A stretch of DNA of 64,000 bases from Myxococcota bacterium. Lineage in GTDB: Bacteria; Myxococcota_A; Polyangia; Palsa-1104; JAEUJZ01. The stretch is taken from contig JANWXW010000147.1 in assembly GCA_025057315.1 (NCBI GenBank), positions 12,420-76,419 of the forward strand. The letters run 5' to 3'. Positions 37,237 through 46,952 of the stretch are shown piece after piece. The translations under genes were made by a program, and so were the position numbers. The notes under the pieces are model-generated. The model did not search any database. It had not been told where the DNA came from and saw only the letters and a list, made by a program, of their open reading frames with translations. Numbering within the stretch: position 1 is the first letter of the stretch; each line of letters begins with the position of its first letter.

Positions 37237-38886
37237 CTAGGTGGGCGCCAGGGGGGGCAGGCTCACCTGGTACACCCGCTCCACGGGCGGCAGGGCGCGG
37301 AGCTGCTCCAGCACCCCCTCCTGCACCTCGGCATCCAGCTTGAGCAGCATCATGGCGCGGCTGCCCTGCCGTGACAGCGTCATGTCGGCGATGTTGACGC
37401 GGTGACGCCCGAGCAGCGTGCCGACCAGCCCGACCACACCCGGCTCGTCGCGGTTGAACAGCAACAGCAGCGGCCCCTCCGGCACCAGGTCCATGCGATA
37501 GCCAGCCACCGACAGCAGCCTGGGGCGGTTGTCCACCTGGTGGTAAACTGCGCCCTCGCAGCACAGCGACCCGCCTGACTCACCCTCTGGCCCGCCCTCC
37601 TGCTCCACGATCAGCATCAGCCGCTCCCCCCCCTGCTCGCCCGCTGGTCGCCACTCGTGTGACAGCGTCAGCCCGCGTGCTTGGGCAAACAGCGGCGCGT
37701 TGATGAGATTAGGTGGGGTGTCCAGGCCCGGGCGAAGCAGCTCGACGAGCGCGGCGCGGGCCAGCGTGCTGGCCAGCGGCTCCAGTCCTTGCCCTGCCGC
37801 CACCAGCCGCACGCTGCGCAGTCGCCCCGAAGACAGCACTGCAGCCAAACGGCCCAAACGCCGGGCTAGGTCCAGATGCCGCCGGTCGTGGTCGGAGAGG
37901 CTAGCCTTGAGGTCCGGCGCGTTGACGGCGTTGCGGATGCGGTCCGCTAGCAGGTAGTCCAGCAGCAGGTCCGCAGCCTCGACCGCCACGGCGCTCTGCG
38001 CCTCCTCCGTGCTGGCACCCAGGTGCGATGTAAGCACGACATTGTTTGCTCTCAGCAAGGGATGGTCGGGCGGCGGCGGTTCTTGCTCAAAGACATCCAC
38101 CGCAGCGCCGGCGATCAGGCCCTCGGCCAGGGCCGCAGCCAGTTCGGCCTCGTGCACCAGCCCGCCGCGGGCCACGTTGAGCAGCCGCGCCGTACGCTTC
38201 ATGCGCTGAAGCTGCGCGCGGCCAATCATGTGCCGTGTCCCCTCTGACAGGGGCGTATGCAGCGTCAGGTAGTCCACCTGGGGCAGCAGCTCATCCAGCG
38301 AGGGCAGCAGCGGCACGCGCTCGCCCGAGGGCAAATCGACTGCCTCCCCGGAGTAGTAGGGGTCGTAGCCCAGCACCTTCATCTCCAGACCCAGGGCCCG
38401 CTGGGCCACCGCCCGGCCGACGCGTCCCAGCCCAACGATACCAAGGACCTTGCCGGCGAGCTGGGCGCCCATGCAGGTCTTGCGCGCCTCGGCGAAGCGG
38501 CCGGCACGCACCAGAGCATCAGCCGTCGGCACGTGACGCGACAGGGCCAGCATGAGCGCCAGCGTGTGCTCGGCCGTGGTGATGGTGTTGCCATCGGGCG
38601 TATTCATGACCAGGATGCCGCGCTGGGTGGCTGCCTCCAGGTCCACGTTGTCCACGCCCACGCCGGCGCGCACCACGGCACGCAGGCGGCCGGGCCGCTC
38701 CAGCACTCGGGCCGTGACCCGCACGCCAGAGCGGATGATGAGCCCATCCGCACCACGGACAGCCTCAGCCAGCGCCTCCTCCGACAGGCCAGGCCGGACA
38801 CTGACAGTCACGCCGCCGCGGGCGCGCAGGCGGGCCAGGCCCTCCTCGGCCAGCGGGTCGGCAACCAGGACATGTATCGCAGGCAT
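37237..38886 (-). CDS. serA: D-3-phosphoglycerate dehydrogenase (long form with ASB and ACT domains)
   Basis: 2-hydroxyacid dehydrogenase NAD-binding motif (GIVGLGRVGRAVA). Catalytic R/E/H. C-terminal ACT domain. 549 aa. Confidence 0.9.
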   Translation of the reverse strand: MPAIHVLVADPLAEEGLARLRARGGVTVSVRPGLSEEALAEAVRGADGLIIRSGVRVTARVLERPGRLRAVVRAGVGVDNVDLEAATQRGILVMNTPDGNTITTAEHTLALMLALSRHVPTADALVRAGRFAEARKTCMGAQLAGKVLGIVGLGRVGRAVAQRALGLEMKVLGYDPYYSGEAVDLPSGERVPLLPSLDELLPQVDYLTLHTPLSEGTRHMIGRAQLQRMKRTARLLNVARGGLVHEAELAAALAEGLIAGAAVDVFEQEPPPPDHPLLRANNVVLTSHLGASTEEAQSAVAVEAADLLLDYLLADRIRNAVNAPDLKASLSDHDRRHLDLARRLGRLAAVLSSGRLRSVRLVAAGQGLEPLASTLARAALVELLRPGLDTPPNLINAPLFAQARGLTLSHEWRPAGEQGGERLMLIVEQEGGPEGESGGSLCCEGAVYHQVDNRPRLLSVAGYRMDLVPEGPLLLLFNRDEPGVVGLVGTLLGRHRVNIADMTLSRQGSRAMMLLKLDAEVQEGVLEQLRALPPVERVYQVSLPPLAPT

Positions 38887-38941
38887 GCGCGTAGCATAGC
38901 AGAGGCTGCGGCCGACTCAGAACCAGAGCAACCCAGGCCCG

Positions 38942-39613
38942 CTACTTTCTGAGCAGCACATAGACCGCGCCTGCCCCGCCGTCTATTGGCCGGGCGGTGG
39001 TGAAGCAGAGCACGCTGCGCGCAATGCGCCCGCGCAGCAGCCACACCCGTACGCGCTCCTTGAGCACTGGAATCTGGTCCTTGGAGTTAAGACCACGGCC
39101 ATGGATGATGAGGACACACCGATGGCGCCGCCGCCGCGCCTGCTCGATGAAGGTCTCGACCCGCTCGCGCGCCTCCTCGCTCCGCAGGCCGTGCAGGTCC
39201 AGGTGCGCTTGGACCGCAAAGTCTCCGCGGCGGAGGCGCGTCAGCAGGCGCCGGTCCAGTCCAGGGGCAATGCCCTCGATGTACTCGTCCGTGTCGGCGA
39301 TGTCCCATGCTCCGTGGCCCTGCACCAGATCGGCCAGCGCGGCCATCACCTCCGCGTCCTCCGAGCGCCGCACCGGCGGTGGGACCGCCTGCGGCACAAC
39401 GGCGCGACGCCCACCACCTGGCAGCGGCTGCACACCCGCCATTTCGCGGGCAAAGATCTCTTCATCCGTCTCGCCACAGGCAGGCGGGGGCGGCGGAGGC
39501 ACTGCCGGCGGGGCGACGCGCACCAGCGCCTCCAACCGCTCACGAGCGGCCTGGAACGGGTTGTAGAACGACAGCGGACGAGCTGGCTTTTTTGGACGGG
39601 GGGGCATCGACAC
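38942..39613 (-). CDS. Smr domain protein (MutS2-C-like nuclease domain)
   Basis: C-terminal Smr domain with LDLHGLRSEEA and IIHGRG motifs. Pro-rich N-terminus. Confidence 0.75.
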   Translation of the reverse strand: MSMPPRPKKPARPLSFYNPFQAARERLEALVRVAPPAVPPPPPPACGETDEEIFAREMAGVQPLPGGGRRAVVPQAVPPPVRRSEDAEVMAALADLVQGHGAWDIADTDEYIEGIAPGLDRRLLTRLRRGDFAVQAHLDLHGLRSEEARERVETFIEQARRRRHRCVLIIHGRGLNSKDQIPVLKERVRVWLLRGRIARSVLCFTTARPIDGGAGAVYVLLRK

Positions 39614-39644
39614 AGGGACTATAACCTGCCTGTCGCCCCTCGCC

Positions 39645-39660
39645 GTGGCGCGGTCGCCAC
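39645..39660. promoter_or_regulatory. perfect 6-bp inverted repeat GTGGCG-cggt-CGCCAC immediately upstream of a TATAAT box (39668-39673) in the hrcA promoter region
   Basis: Read directly from the sequence. No CIRCE (TTAGCACTC-N9-GAGTGCTAA) element found nearby. Confidence 0.3.
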
Positions 39661-39703
39661 AGGCATGTATAATTAAAATGTTTACCGCAGTTGACGATGT
39701 CCA

Positions 39704-40753
39704 ATGCCTGAGCTAAACAGCCGCGCCCGCAAAATCCTGTCCGCCATCACGCAAGAGTATCTTGTCACGGGCCAGGCGGTGGGCTCGCGCCGGATCACCC
39801 GGCGCTACGGGGTGGATCTATCGCCGGCGACGGTACGCAACGTGATGAGCGACCTGGAGGAACTGGGTCTGCTGCGGCAGCCCCACACCTCAGCCGGACG
39901 CATCCCCACGACCCAGGGCCTGCGTTTTTTTGTGGACTCCTTGCTCAAGGTCCGGCAGCTAAGCCAAAAGGAACGGGAGGATTTGGCCAACCGCTATTCG
40001 TTCTCCTCGACGGAGCTCGACACCGCGCTGCGCGAGGCCGGCAAGGTCCTCTCCGAGCTTAGCACGCACACGGTGGTGGTGGTTGCACCGCGCGTGGAGC
40101 TGGATGTGCTGCAGCACATCGAGTTTGTGCGCCTGCCCGACGGCAGCATCCTGGCGGTGCTGGTCAACAAAAGCGGCCGTGTGTTCAACAAGATCATCCG
40201 GCCAGAGAGCCCCATCAGCGACGACGAGCTGGAGCGGATCCATACCTATCTGAACCAGCGGCTCGATGGCAAATCGCTCAGCGAGGTGCGTGCCCTGGTG
40301 GCCAAAGAGCTGTCGGATGAGCGGACGCGCTATGACGCGCTGGCACAGCGGGCGCTGCTGCTGCAGGCACAGGCGCTGTCGGCAGTACCGCAGGAAAAAG
40401 CCGAGGTCATCGTCGAGGGGCAGGCCAACTTGCTAGGCCACCTCCTGGAGGACGGTCAGCCCCCCGATCCGGACCGGCTCAAGGCGCTCTTCCGCACCTT
40501 GGAGGACCGGGCGGTGCTGCTGCGGCTGCTGGAGCAGACCGAAGCGGCCACCGGGATTCAGATCTTCATCGGCGCCGAGTCGGCCATTCCGGAACTGGCC
40601 GACCACAGTGTGGTGGCCTCGACGTTCGAGGCCGGCGATATGGCGGTCGGCGTGCTGGGGGTCATCGGCCCCACACGCATGAACTACGCACGCATCATCT
40701 CGCTGGTAGATTTTACGGCCCAGCTCTTGACCTCCGTGGTTGGAAGACGGTAG
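39704..40753 (+). CDS. hrcA: heat-inducible transcription repressor HrcA
   Basis: N-terminal winged-helix (LSAITQEYLVTGQAVGSRRI). Full-length HrcA architecture, 349 aa. Confidence 0.9.
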   Translation: MPELNSRARKILSAITQEYLVTGQAVGSRRITRRYGVDLSPATVRNVMSDLEELGLLRQPHTSAGRIPTTQGLRFFVDSLLKVRQLSQKEREDLANRYSFSSTELDTALREAGKVLSELSTHTVVVVAPRVELDVLQHIEFVRLPDGSILAVLVNKSGRVFNKIIRPESPISDDELERIHTYLNQRLDGKSLSEVRALVAKELSDERTRYDALAQRALLLQAQALSAVPQEKAEVIVEGQANLLGHLLEDGQPPDPDRLKALFRTLEDRAVLLRLLEQTEAATGIQIFIGAESAIPELADHSVVASTFEAGDMAVGVLGVIGPTRMNYARIISLVDFTAQLLTSVVGRR

Positions 40754-40822
40754 GCCAGCGCACTGATGGAATCACCACGCAATTTCCACCCCAACCAAGA
40801 CGAAAATCTGGAGAGAACACAC

Positions 40823-41521
40823 ATGAGCGATACGGAATGCACCCAGAGGCAGGCCGAGGAACAGGAGCCGGCTGCTCAGGGCGTGAAGGCCGCCGAGGCC
40901 GTGCAGCTGGATGCGCCGCTCGCCGGGACAGACGCTCCGGCCCCGGCTCAGCCGGCTGCGGCGCCAGTCGACGGGGAGGCGGGCCCTGTGGACCTGAAGA
41001 CCGAGATCGCCCGTCTCGAGGCCGACAAGCGCGACCTGACCGATCGCATGTTGCGCATCGCCGCCGACTTTGAGAACTACCGCAAGCGCGTGCGACGCGA
41101 GATGGAGGAGGCCGGGCTGCGCGGCATGGAGGGGCTGCTGAAGGAGCTTCTGCCAGTGCTGGACAACCTGGACCGCGCCCTAGAGGCGGCCTCTACCGTG
41201 CCCCAGGCCGGCTCCCAAACGGCAGCCTTGGTGGAGGGCGTGCGTCTAGTGCAAAAGCAGTTCCTGGGGGTCTTGGAGAAGTTCCAGGTCAAGACCTTTG
41301 ACGCTCTGGGCAAGCCCTTTGACCCCAACGTGCACGAAGCCGTGCAGCAGGTGGACAGTGACTCCCTGCCGCCGGGCACGGTGGCCGCTGTCTTTCAGCG
41401 GGGATACACCGCTGGGCAACGCCTGCTGCGGCCGGCGCTGGTGGCGGTGGTACGGGCACGGCCCGAAGCCGCCCCGACGCAAGCAAAGAGCGAGCAGGGC
41501 GAGGAGGCAAGCCCGAGCTAA
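40823..41521 (+). CDS. grpE: nucleotide exchange factor GrpE
   Basis: Start ATG 40823 with GGAG RBS. GrpE signature (RIAADFENYRKRVRRE, then four-helix and beta-sheet arm). Confidence 0.9.
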   Translation: MSDTECTQRQAEEQEPAAQGVKAAEAVQLDAPLAGTDAPAPAQPAAAPVDGEAGPVDLKTEIARLEADKRDLTDRMLRIAADFENYRKRVRREMEEAGLRGMEGLLKELLPVLDNLDRALEAASTVPQAGSQTAALVEGVRLVQKQFLGVLEKFQVKTFDALGKPFDPNVHEAVQQVDSDSLPPGTVAAVFQRGYTAGQRLLRPALVAVVRARPEAAPTQAKSEQGEEASPS

Positions 41522-41590
41522 TTCGGAACAGATCGCGCCTTGTGCCGCTGCCTGGGCCAGGCGCCACAGGATGACAGGAGCAGCGTATCG

Positions 41591-43453
41591 ATGGGCCGGG
41601 TCGTCGGGATCGATCTCGGGACTACCAACAGCTGTGTGGCCTTTATGGACGGGGATAGACCCGTGGTCATTCCCAACGAGGAGGGGAGCCGCACCACCCC
41701 CTCGGTGGTGGCTTTCGCCGAGGGAGGGGAGCGGCTGGTGGGGCACATCGCCAAGCGGCAGGCGCTGACCAACCCTGAAAACACGATCTATGCGGTCAAG
41801 CGGCTCATCGGCCGCAAGCGGAACGACCCTTCCATTGCCGAGCACATCGCCGCCTGCCCTTACAATGTGGTCGCTGCCAGCAACGGCGACGCGGTGGTAC
41901 GCATCCGGGGCCGAGATTACTCGCCCACCGAAACCTCGGCCATCATCCTGCGGAAGATGAAGGAGATTGCGGAGGAGTATCTGGGCGAGGAGGTGGACCG
42001 GGCTGTGATCACCGTGCCGGCCTACTTCGACGATGCGCAGCGTCAGGCGACCAAGGATGCGGGCCGCATTGCGGGCTTGGAGGTGCTGCGCATCCTGAAT
42101 GAGCCCACTGCCGCAGCGCTGGCGTATGGCCGGGAGGTGGAGAAGCAGGGCCTGGTGGCCGTCTACGACCTGGGCGGGGGCACGTTCGACATCTCGATCT
42201 TGGAGATGCACGAGGGCGTCTTCCAGGTCCGCGCCACCAACGGCGACTCGTACCTGGGCGGCGAGGATTTCGACCGCCGCATCATCGACTGGCTGGCCAA
42301 CGGGTTCGAGGCGGAGCATGGCATCGACCTGCGCCGGGACAAGATGACGCTGCAGCGCCTCAAAGAGGCGGCCGAGCGTGCCAAGCACGAGCTGTCTTCG
42401 TCGCTGGAAACCTCCATCAACCTGCCCTTCATCGCCAGCGACGCCTCCGGCCCCAAGCACCTGATTACCACCCTGACGCGAGGGAAGCTGGAGACCCTGG
42501 TAGAGGACCTGGTGCAAAAGACGCTCAAGCCATGTGAGCTGGCCCTGGCCTCGGCGCGCATCCGGCCGGAGCAGCTCGATCAGGTCATCCTGGTGGGGGG
42601 CCAGACGCGCATGCCGCGGGTGCAGGAGGTGGTCGAGAAATTCTTCGGCAAAAAGCCCAGCCGCCGCGTCAACCCCGACGAGGTGGTCGCCGTGGGGGCC
42701 GCCATTGAGGCCGCCATGCTGACAGGCGAAGTCGGCGAGGTGCTGCTGCTGGACGTGACGCCCCTGTCGCTGGGCGTGGAGACGGCAGGCGGCCGGTTTA
42801 CCCGCATCATCCCGCGCAACACCACCATCCCGACCAGCAAGTCGCAGATCTTCTCGACGGCCGTGGACAATCAGTCCTTCGTCGAGGTGCACGTGCTCCA
42901 AGGCGAGCGTGAGATGGCGGCCGACAACAAGTCGCTCGCCAAATTTCAGCTTCTGGGTATTCCGCCGGCCCCGCGCGGCGTGCCACAGATCCAGGTCACC
43001 TTCGAGATCGATGCCAATGGCATCATGAGCGTATCGGCCAAGGACCTTGGCACAAACAAGGTCCAGGCTGTGCGGGTCATGCCCACCTCCGGCCTCACCG
43101 AAGCGGAGATCGAACGCCTGGTGATGGAGGCGGAGGCACACAAAGAGTCCGATGCGCGCAAGCGCGAGCTGGCGGACTTGAAGCAGAAGCTGGAGGGGCT
43201 CATCTATGTCACCGAGCAGTCCCTCAAGGAGTACGGCCATGTGCTGGGCATCGCTGAGCGCAACGAGATCGATGAAGCGCTGGCCGCGGCCAAGCAGAAC
43301 AAGGACACAACCGAGATAGACCAGGTGCGCGTGCTGGCAGACCAACTCGAGCGGGCGGCGCAGCGCATCGGCGACGCCATCTATGCTAACGTCGTCGTCC
43401 CCATCGACACCGAAGGGGCCAGCCAGGAGTCGGGGAAAGGAGCGGGCCCGTAG
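41591..43453 (+). CDS. dnaK: molecular chaperone DnaK (Hsp70)
   Basis: Start ATG 41591 ([17 protein letters not shown]). All three Hsp70 signatures present ([30 protein letters not shown]). Confidence 0.95.
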   Translation: MGRVVGIDLGTTNSCVAFMDGDRPVVIPNEEGSRTTPSVVAFAEGGERLVGHIAKRQALTNPENTIYAVKRLIGRKRNDPSIAEHIAACPYNVVAASNGDAVVRIRGRDYSPTETSAIILRKMKEIAEEYLGEEVDRAVITVPAYFDDAQRQATKDAGRIAGLEVLRILNEPTAAALAYGREVEKQGLVAVYDLGGGTFDISILEMHEGVFQVRATNGDSYLGGEDFDRRIIDWLANGFEAEHGIDLRRDKMTLQRLKEAAERAKHELSSSLETSINLPFIASDASGPKHLITTLTRGKLETLVEDLVQKTLKPCELALASARIRPEQLDQVILVGGQTRMPRVQEVVEKFFGKKPSRRVNPDEVVAVGAAIEAAMLTGEVGEVLLLDVTPLSLGVETAGGRFTRIIPRNTTIPTSKSQIFSTAVDNQSFVEVHVLQGEREMAADNKSLAKFQLLGIPPAPRGVPQIQVTFEIDANGIMSVSAKDLGTNKVQAVRVMPTSGLTEAEIERLVMEAEAHKESDARKRELADLKQKLEGLIYVTEQSLKEYGHVLGIAERNEIDEALAAAKQNKDTTEIDQVRVLADQLERAAQRIGDAIYANVVVPIDTEGASQESGKGAGP

Positions 43454-43489
43454 CCTCCCCACGGCGTAAGAGAGACGATTGAGGACCGC

Positions 43490-44608
43490 GTGCCAGCCGG
43501 AGCCGGGAAGAAGCGCGACTATTACGAGGTGCTGGGCGTCCCCCAGTGCGCGGGGCCGGAGGAGCTGAAGCGCGCCTACCGCAAGCTGGCCCTACGTTAT
43601 CATCCGGACCACAACAACAATGACAAGGTAGCTGAGGAGCGGTTCAAGGAGGTCTCCGAGGCCTATGCGGTGCTGTCCGATCCGGACAAGCGCAGGCGCT
43701 ACGACCGCCTCGGCCACCTGGGGCTGGAGCCCGGCCTGGCCGATGTGCCCGTACCGCCGGTGGACCTGGAGCGGTTCAAGGAACTGTTCGACACCGTCGT
43801 AGGGGATCTGTTTGGTCGCAAAAAGGCATCCAAGGGCGGCGCGGACCTGCGCTATACCCTCGAGTTATCACTGGAGGAAGCCGCGCTGGGCGCGCGTAAG
43901 ACGATCCGTTTTCCCGCACGGGTGCGCTGCCAGCGATGTGATGGTCTCGGCGGACGGGAAGGGGCCGCTGGCCTGCGTGCCTGCCCGGCCTGCCACGGCA
44001 AGGGCGAGGTCAGGCCGGGGAGCGGGCTGTTCTCGCTGCGTCGCTCCTGCAGTGTTTGCCACGGCAGTGGCCGTGTGGTGGCCGAGCCATGCGAGGGCTG
44101 CCGCGGCGAGGGCCTGGTCGACACGGTGCGCGAATTCGAGGTCACCATCCCCCCCGGCACCGAGGATGGCGGAGTCCGCCGGGTACCCGGACAGGGGGAT
44201 GCCGGGCGCTACGGGGGGCCGCCGGGGGACCTGCATGTCATCGTGCGCGTGCGGCCGCATCCCCTGCTGCGGCGTGAGGGGCAGCTGATTACCACGGAGG
44301 TGCCGATCACCTTCGTGCAGGCCGCACTGGGAGCCAACATCGCGGTGCCGACCCTGGATGGGCGGGCAGAGCTGCGCATCCCCCCCGGCACCCAGTCTGG
44401 TGCGGTGTTTCGCTTGCGCGGCCGGGGCTTCCCCCTGGGCCTGGGCTCCAGCCGCCGGGGCGACCAGCATGTGCGGGTGATCGTCGAGACACCGCAGGAT
44501 CTGGATGCAAGGCAGAAAGCCCTCCTGCAAGAGGCGGCGTTGACCGAACAGAACCACCCGCAGATTCGTGCCTTTGCGGAGCAGATGAGCCGCCTGTACG
44601 AAAGATGA
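43490..44608 (+). CDS. dnaJ: molecular chaperone DnaJ
   Basis: GTG start. J domain with HPD (YHPDHN). Gly-rich linker. Four CxxCxGxG zinc-finger repeats. C-terminal substrate-binding domains. Confidence 0.9.
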   Translation: MPAGAGKKRDYYEVLGVPQCAGPEELKRAYRKLALRYHPDHNNNDKVAEERFKEVSEAYAVLSDPDKRRRYDRLGHLGLEPGLADVPVPPVDLERFKELFDTVVGDLFGRKKASKGGADLRYTLELSLEEAALGARKTIRFPARVRCQRCDGLGGREGAAGLRACPACHGKGEVRPGSGLFSLRRSCSVCHGSGRVVAEPCEGCRGEGLVDTVREFEVTIPPGTEDGGVRRVPGQGDAGRYGGPPGDLHVIVRVRPHPLLRREGQLITTEVPITFVQAALGANIAVPTLDGRAELRIPPGTQSGAVFRLRGRGFPLGLGSSRRGDQHVRVIVETPQDLDARQKALLQEAALTEQNHPQIRAFAEQMSRLYER

Positions 44609-44721
44609 CCTCCCTGCGCTGGGACGGCTCAGACAGGGCAACCGCCCCCCCGCAGGCCGCTCGATGGCCCAGGCCAGAGGGTGGCCACTGGAGGTCGTGG
44701 CGACAGGTCCACCCGCCCCGC

Positions 44722-45123
44722 TCAGCTCGCCGCCGGAGCCTGGCTGCTGCCGCTTAGGATGCGCAACATGAGCGGCCGCGCCCGCCGCACGCGGACCCGC
44801 ACCTGCCCCGCATCGGTGCGGTCGTCGAAGAGCACGAGCAGCAGGGCCCGATCCGCCAGGGGTGCGGCACACACCTGAAAGCGACCTACCCGCGTGTAAC
44901 GATCTTCGATAGGAACGGCACCTTCGGCCTGCTGGGCCTCGACGAGGACTTGGGCGACCAAATCCGCCAGCTCGGAGCTGACCGGACCACTGAACAGACC
45001 CTGATCGCCGGCATGGGCCAGGATCGACCCGTCTTCGCCGCACACCAACACCTTGCGGGCCGAGGCCGCCCGGGCAAGCTGGTCGCACAGGACATCCAGC
45101 GACGCAGATGCGTCAAAGCTCAT
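44722..45123 (-). CDS. roadblock/LC7 (MglB-like) domain protein
   Basis: 133 aa. Alpha-beta-beta-alpha profile typical of roadblock/LC7 (VLVCGEDGSILAHAG...LLLVLFDDRTD). No adjacent small GTPase gene. Confidence 0.55.
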   Translation of the reverse strand: MSFDASASLDVLCDQLARAASARKVLVCGEDGSILAHAGDQGLFSGPVSSELADLVAQVLVEAQQAEGAVPIEDRYTRVGRFQVCAAPLADRALLLVLFDDRTDAGQVRVRVRRARPLMLRILSGSSQAPAAS

Positions 45124-45216
45124 ATTAGCTATCTTGGCACAGTCGGGATTTGCTGCAAACAGGGATCATGGCATACTTTGGCTAGCAGACCGCGGCGGTG
45201 ACCGGGGTGGTGTCCC

Positions 45217-45660
45217 ATGAGCGACGTCTGTCCGAAGTGCTGTAGACCCGCAGGAGCCGCTGAGGCTGCCTGCCCGCGCTGCGGCCTGCTGCGCACGCGC
45301 TGGGCCGATTTCGATGCCCAGCCGGTGCGCCATCCAGTGCTGGACCCCCTGTGGGAGCACGCTGAGGCCAACTGGCAGGACGAGGGCAGGCATCAGGCGC
45401 TGGTCGCCGCCGTCACAGCGGACTGGACGGCGCTGTCAGCCCTGTCCCAGCGCTACGGCGCCGTGCTCCGCCGCAACCCAGAGGATGCCATGGCTAGAGC
45501 CGCCATGGACCAGCTGATTCAAATCGCGCTGCTGCTGCCCGGTCCTCGACGGGATCCCGGTCCTACCAGGGCCGCCCGCCTGCTGCGAGCCCTGCTCGTA
45601 GCCATGCTGTTTGCAGCCTTGCTGGGCATGCTCTTGTCCCTGGGGCGCAAGCTGGGATAA
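45217..45660 (+). CDS. hypothetical protein with N-terminal zinc ribbon (CPKCC...CPRCG) and C-terminal TM helix
   Basis: 147-aa ORF with good GC3. Cys pairs at aa 5-9 and 19-22. Hydrophobic C-terminal segment LLVAMLFAALLGMLLSLG. Confidence 0.5.
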   Translation: MSDVCPKCCRPAGAAEAACPRCGLLRTRWADFDAQPVRHPVLDPLWEHAEANWQDEGRHQALVAAVTADWTALSALSQRYGAVLRRNPEDAMARAAMDQLIQIALLLPGPRRDPGPTRAARLLRALLVAMLFAALLGMLLSLGRKLG

Positions 45661-45669
45661 GGTCCCCTC

Positions 45670-45831
45670 ATGATTCCATTTGACGAGCTGGTCATGGCCC
45701 TGGAGCGGTTCAGACGGCGCCAGGCAGGACAGGATGTGCCGGCGACCGAGCGCCGGGAAGATCCGGCGCAGCGACGTTGGCGCGAGGAACCCTCGGCGGA
45801 GATCAACCTGGACGAGGTCGAGGCGGAGTAG
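45670..45831 (+). CDS. possible small acidic/basic protein (53 aa, MIPFDELVMALERFRRRQAG...)
   Basis: ATG preceded by aagg. Ends 12 nt before the next gene start. Mixed codon bias. Below the ORF-track cut-off. Confidence 0.3.
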   Translation: MIPFDELVMALERFRRRQAGQDVPATERREDPAQRRWREEPSAEINLDEVEAE

Positions 45832-45842
45832 ACGCCGCCACC

Positions 45843-46829
45843 ATGGGGCCTGCTGAAGTGGCAGTTTGCGTCCACGGCTCAGCGCTGGGCGCCCATCCGG
45901 GCGCCGAGGTCGCTGGCGTGGTGGAGGAGGCGGGTGAAGCAGCCCGCGAGTGGCTGGGACGGGCCGTGGTGGTGCCACGGCTGCTTCCGTGTGGAGAGTG
46001 CGGCCTGTGTGTGCGAGGGCAGGTGGCCTCGTGTCCAGCACAGCAGAGACGGGGCAGGCTGGAGGAGTACGAAAGGGTGCCAGTGCGGTACCTGCTGCCG
46101 CTGGGGCCACCGCTGCTGACCGAGGCCATACCGGCCGGCGAGGTATGGCGCTATGCAGCGCTGGCCGATGCTCTGGCAGCGCCCTATGCAGGGCTGTGCC
46201 GGGCCGGGATCTCACCGGGCGAGATGTGTGTGGTGATCGGCGGCGGCTGGCGTGCAGGCGCGGCGGTGGCCGTGATCCGGGCTCTAGGGTGCCACGCCGT
46301 GGTGCTGGCCCCACGTCCCGAGGACCGCGAGCGGCTCTGTGCGCCCCCCTTCGGTGCCGTGGCGGCGCTTGACAGCACCACCCTCGACCCAGAGGGAGCC
46401 CGGGACGAACTGCGCGGAATCGCGATGCGGCTGGAGGTGCCCGCGCCGCGGCTGTGTGTGCTGGAGACCACGGGCACCGATGCCGGCCGGGCACGGGCCG
46501 TGGCCCTGCTGGCTGAAGGTGGCACTGCGGTGCTGCTGGATCGCAGTACCCCGCCTGGTCTGGCGGCGCCACTGCCCGCAGGGCCAGCCCTAGGCGGTCC
46601 CGCGGTGCTGCAGCGGCTGTGCGAGGAGCAGGCCGCTGTGCTCGGCGCCGGGGCGGCCCATCCCGATCTGCTGCCAGAGCTGCTTGCGCTGGTGGTACGC
46701 GGGGCCCTAGAGCTCAGTGCCTTGACCATTGCCATTCCCCCGGAGGAACTAGAAGCCGTGCTGGCGCGCCGACGGTGTGGCCTGCCCGGCAAGGAAGGGC
46801 TGCTGCTCCCTGTCGTGCGGTTTCACTGA
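45843..46829 (+). CDS. medium-chain dehydrogenase/reductase (zinc-binding alcohol dehydrogenase-like) family protein, divergent
   Basis: Start ATG 45843. CGECGLCVRG resembles the structural-zinc loop. Rossmann-like GGGWRAGAAVAV region. Short N-terminus relative to canonical MDR. Confidence 0.5.
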   Translation: MGPAEVAVCVHGSALGAHPGAEVAGVVEEAGEAAREWLGRAVVVPRLLPCGECGLCVRGQVASCPAQQRRGRLEEYERVPVRYLLPLGPPLLTEAIPAGEVWRYAALADALAAPYAGLCRAGISPGEMCVVIGGGWRAGAAVAVIRALGCHAVVLAPRPEDRERLCAPPFGAVAALDSTTLDPEGARDELRGIAMRLEVPAPRLCVLETTGTDAGRARAVALLAEGGTAVLLDRSTPPGLAAPLPAGPALGGPAVLQRLCEEQAAVLGAGAAHPDLLPELLALVVRGALELSALTIAIPPEELEAVLARRRCGLPGKEGLLLPVVRFH

Positions 46830-46952
46830 ATCGAACTCCAAGTGGTTCTCTAGACAGTCTTGTGGCTTGTGCGCCTCCCTCCTCTTTCTCTACTAGACCG
46901 TGTGCTCTTTGGCGTTGTTGTTAAAGAGTCGTTGAGAATCGTTCTTCCTGTC

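Noticed and set aside
39614-41600. Search for a CIRCE (TTAGCACTC-N9-GAGTGCTAA) upstream of hrcA, grpE and dnaK
   Set aside because: No match, and not even a half-site, by eye in any of the three upstream regions. Its absence is reported as an observation rather than a feature.
45124-45216. TTGGCAC...TTTGCT resembling a sigma-54 (-24/-12) promoter upstream of the zinc-ribbon protein gene. Similar TGGCAC-like strings occur near 2500 and 34970.
   Set aside because: Spacing between the GG and GC elements is 9-16 nt rather than the required 10 (TGGCAC-N5-TTGC). None fits the consensus geometry.
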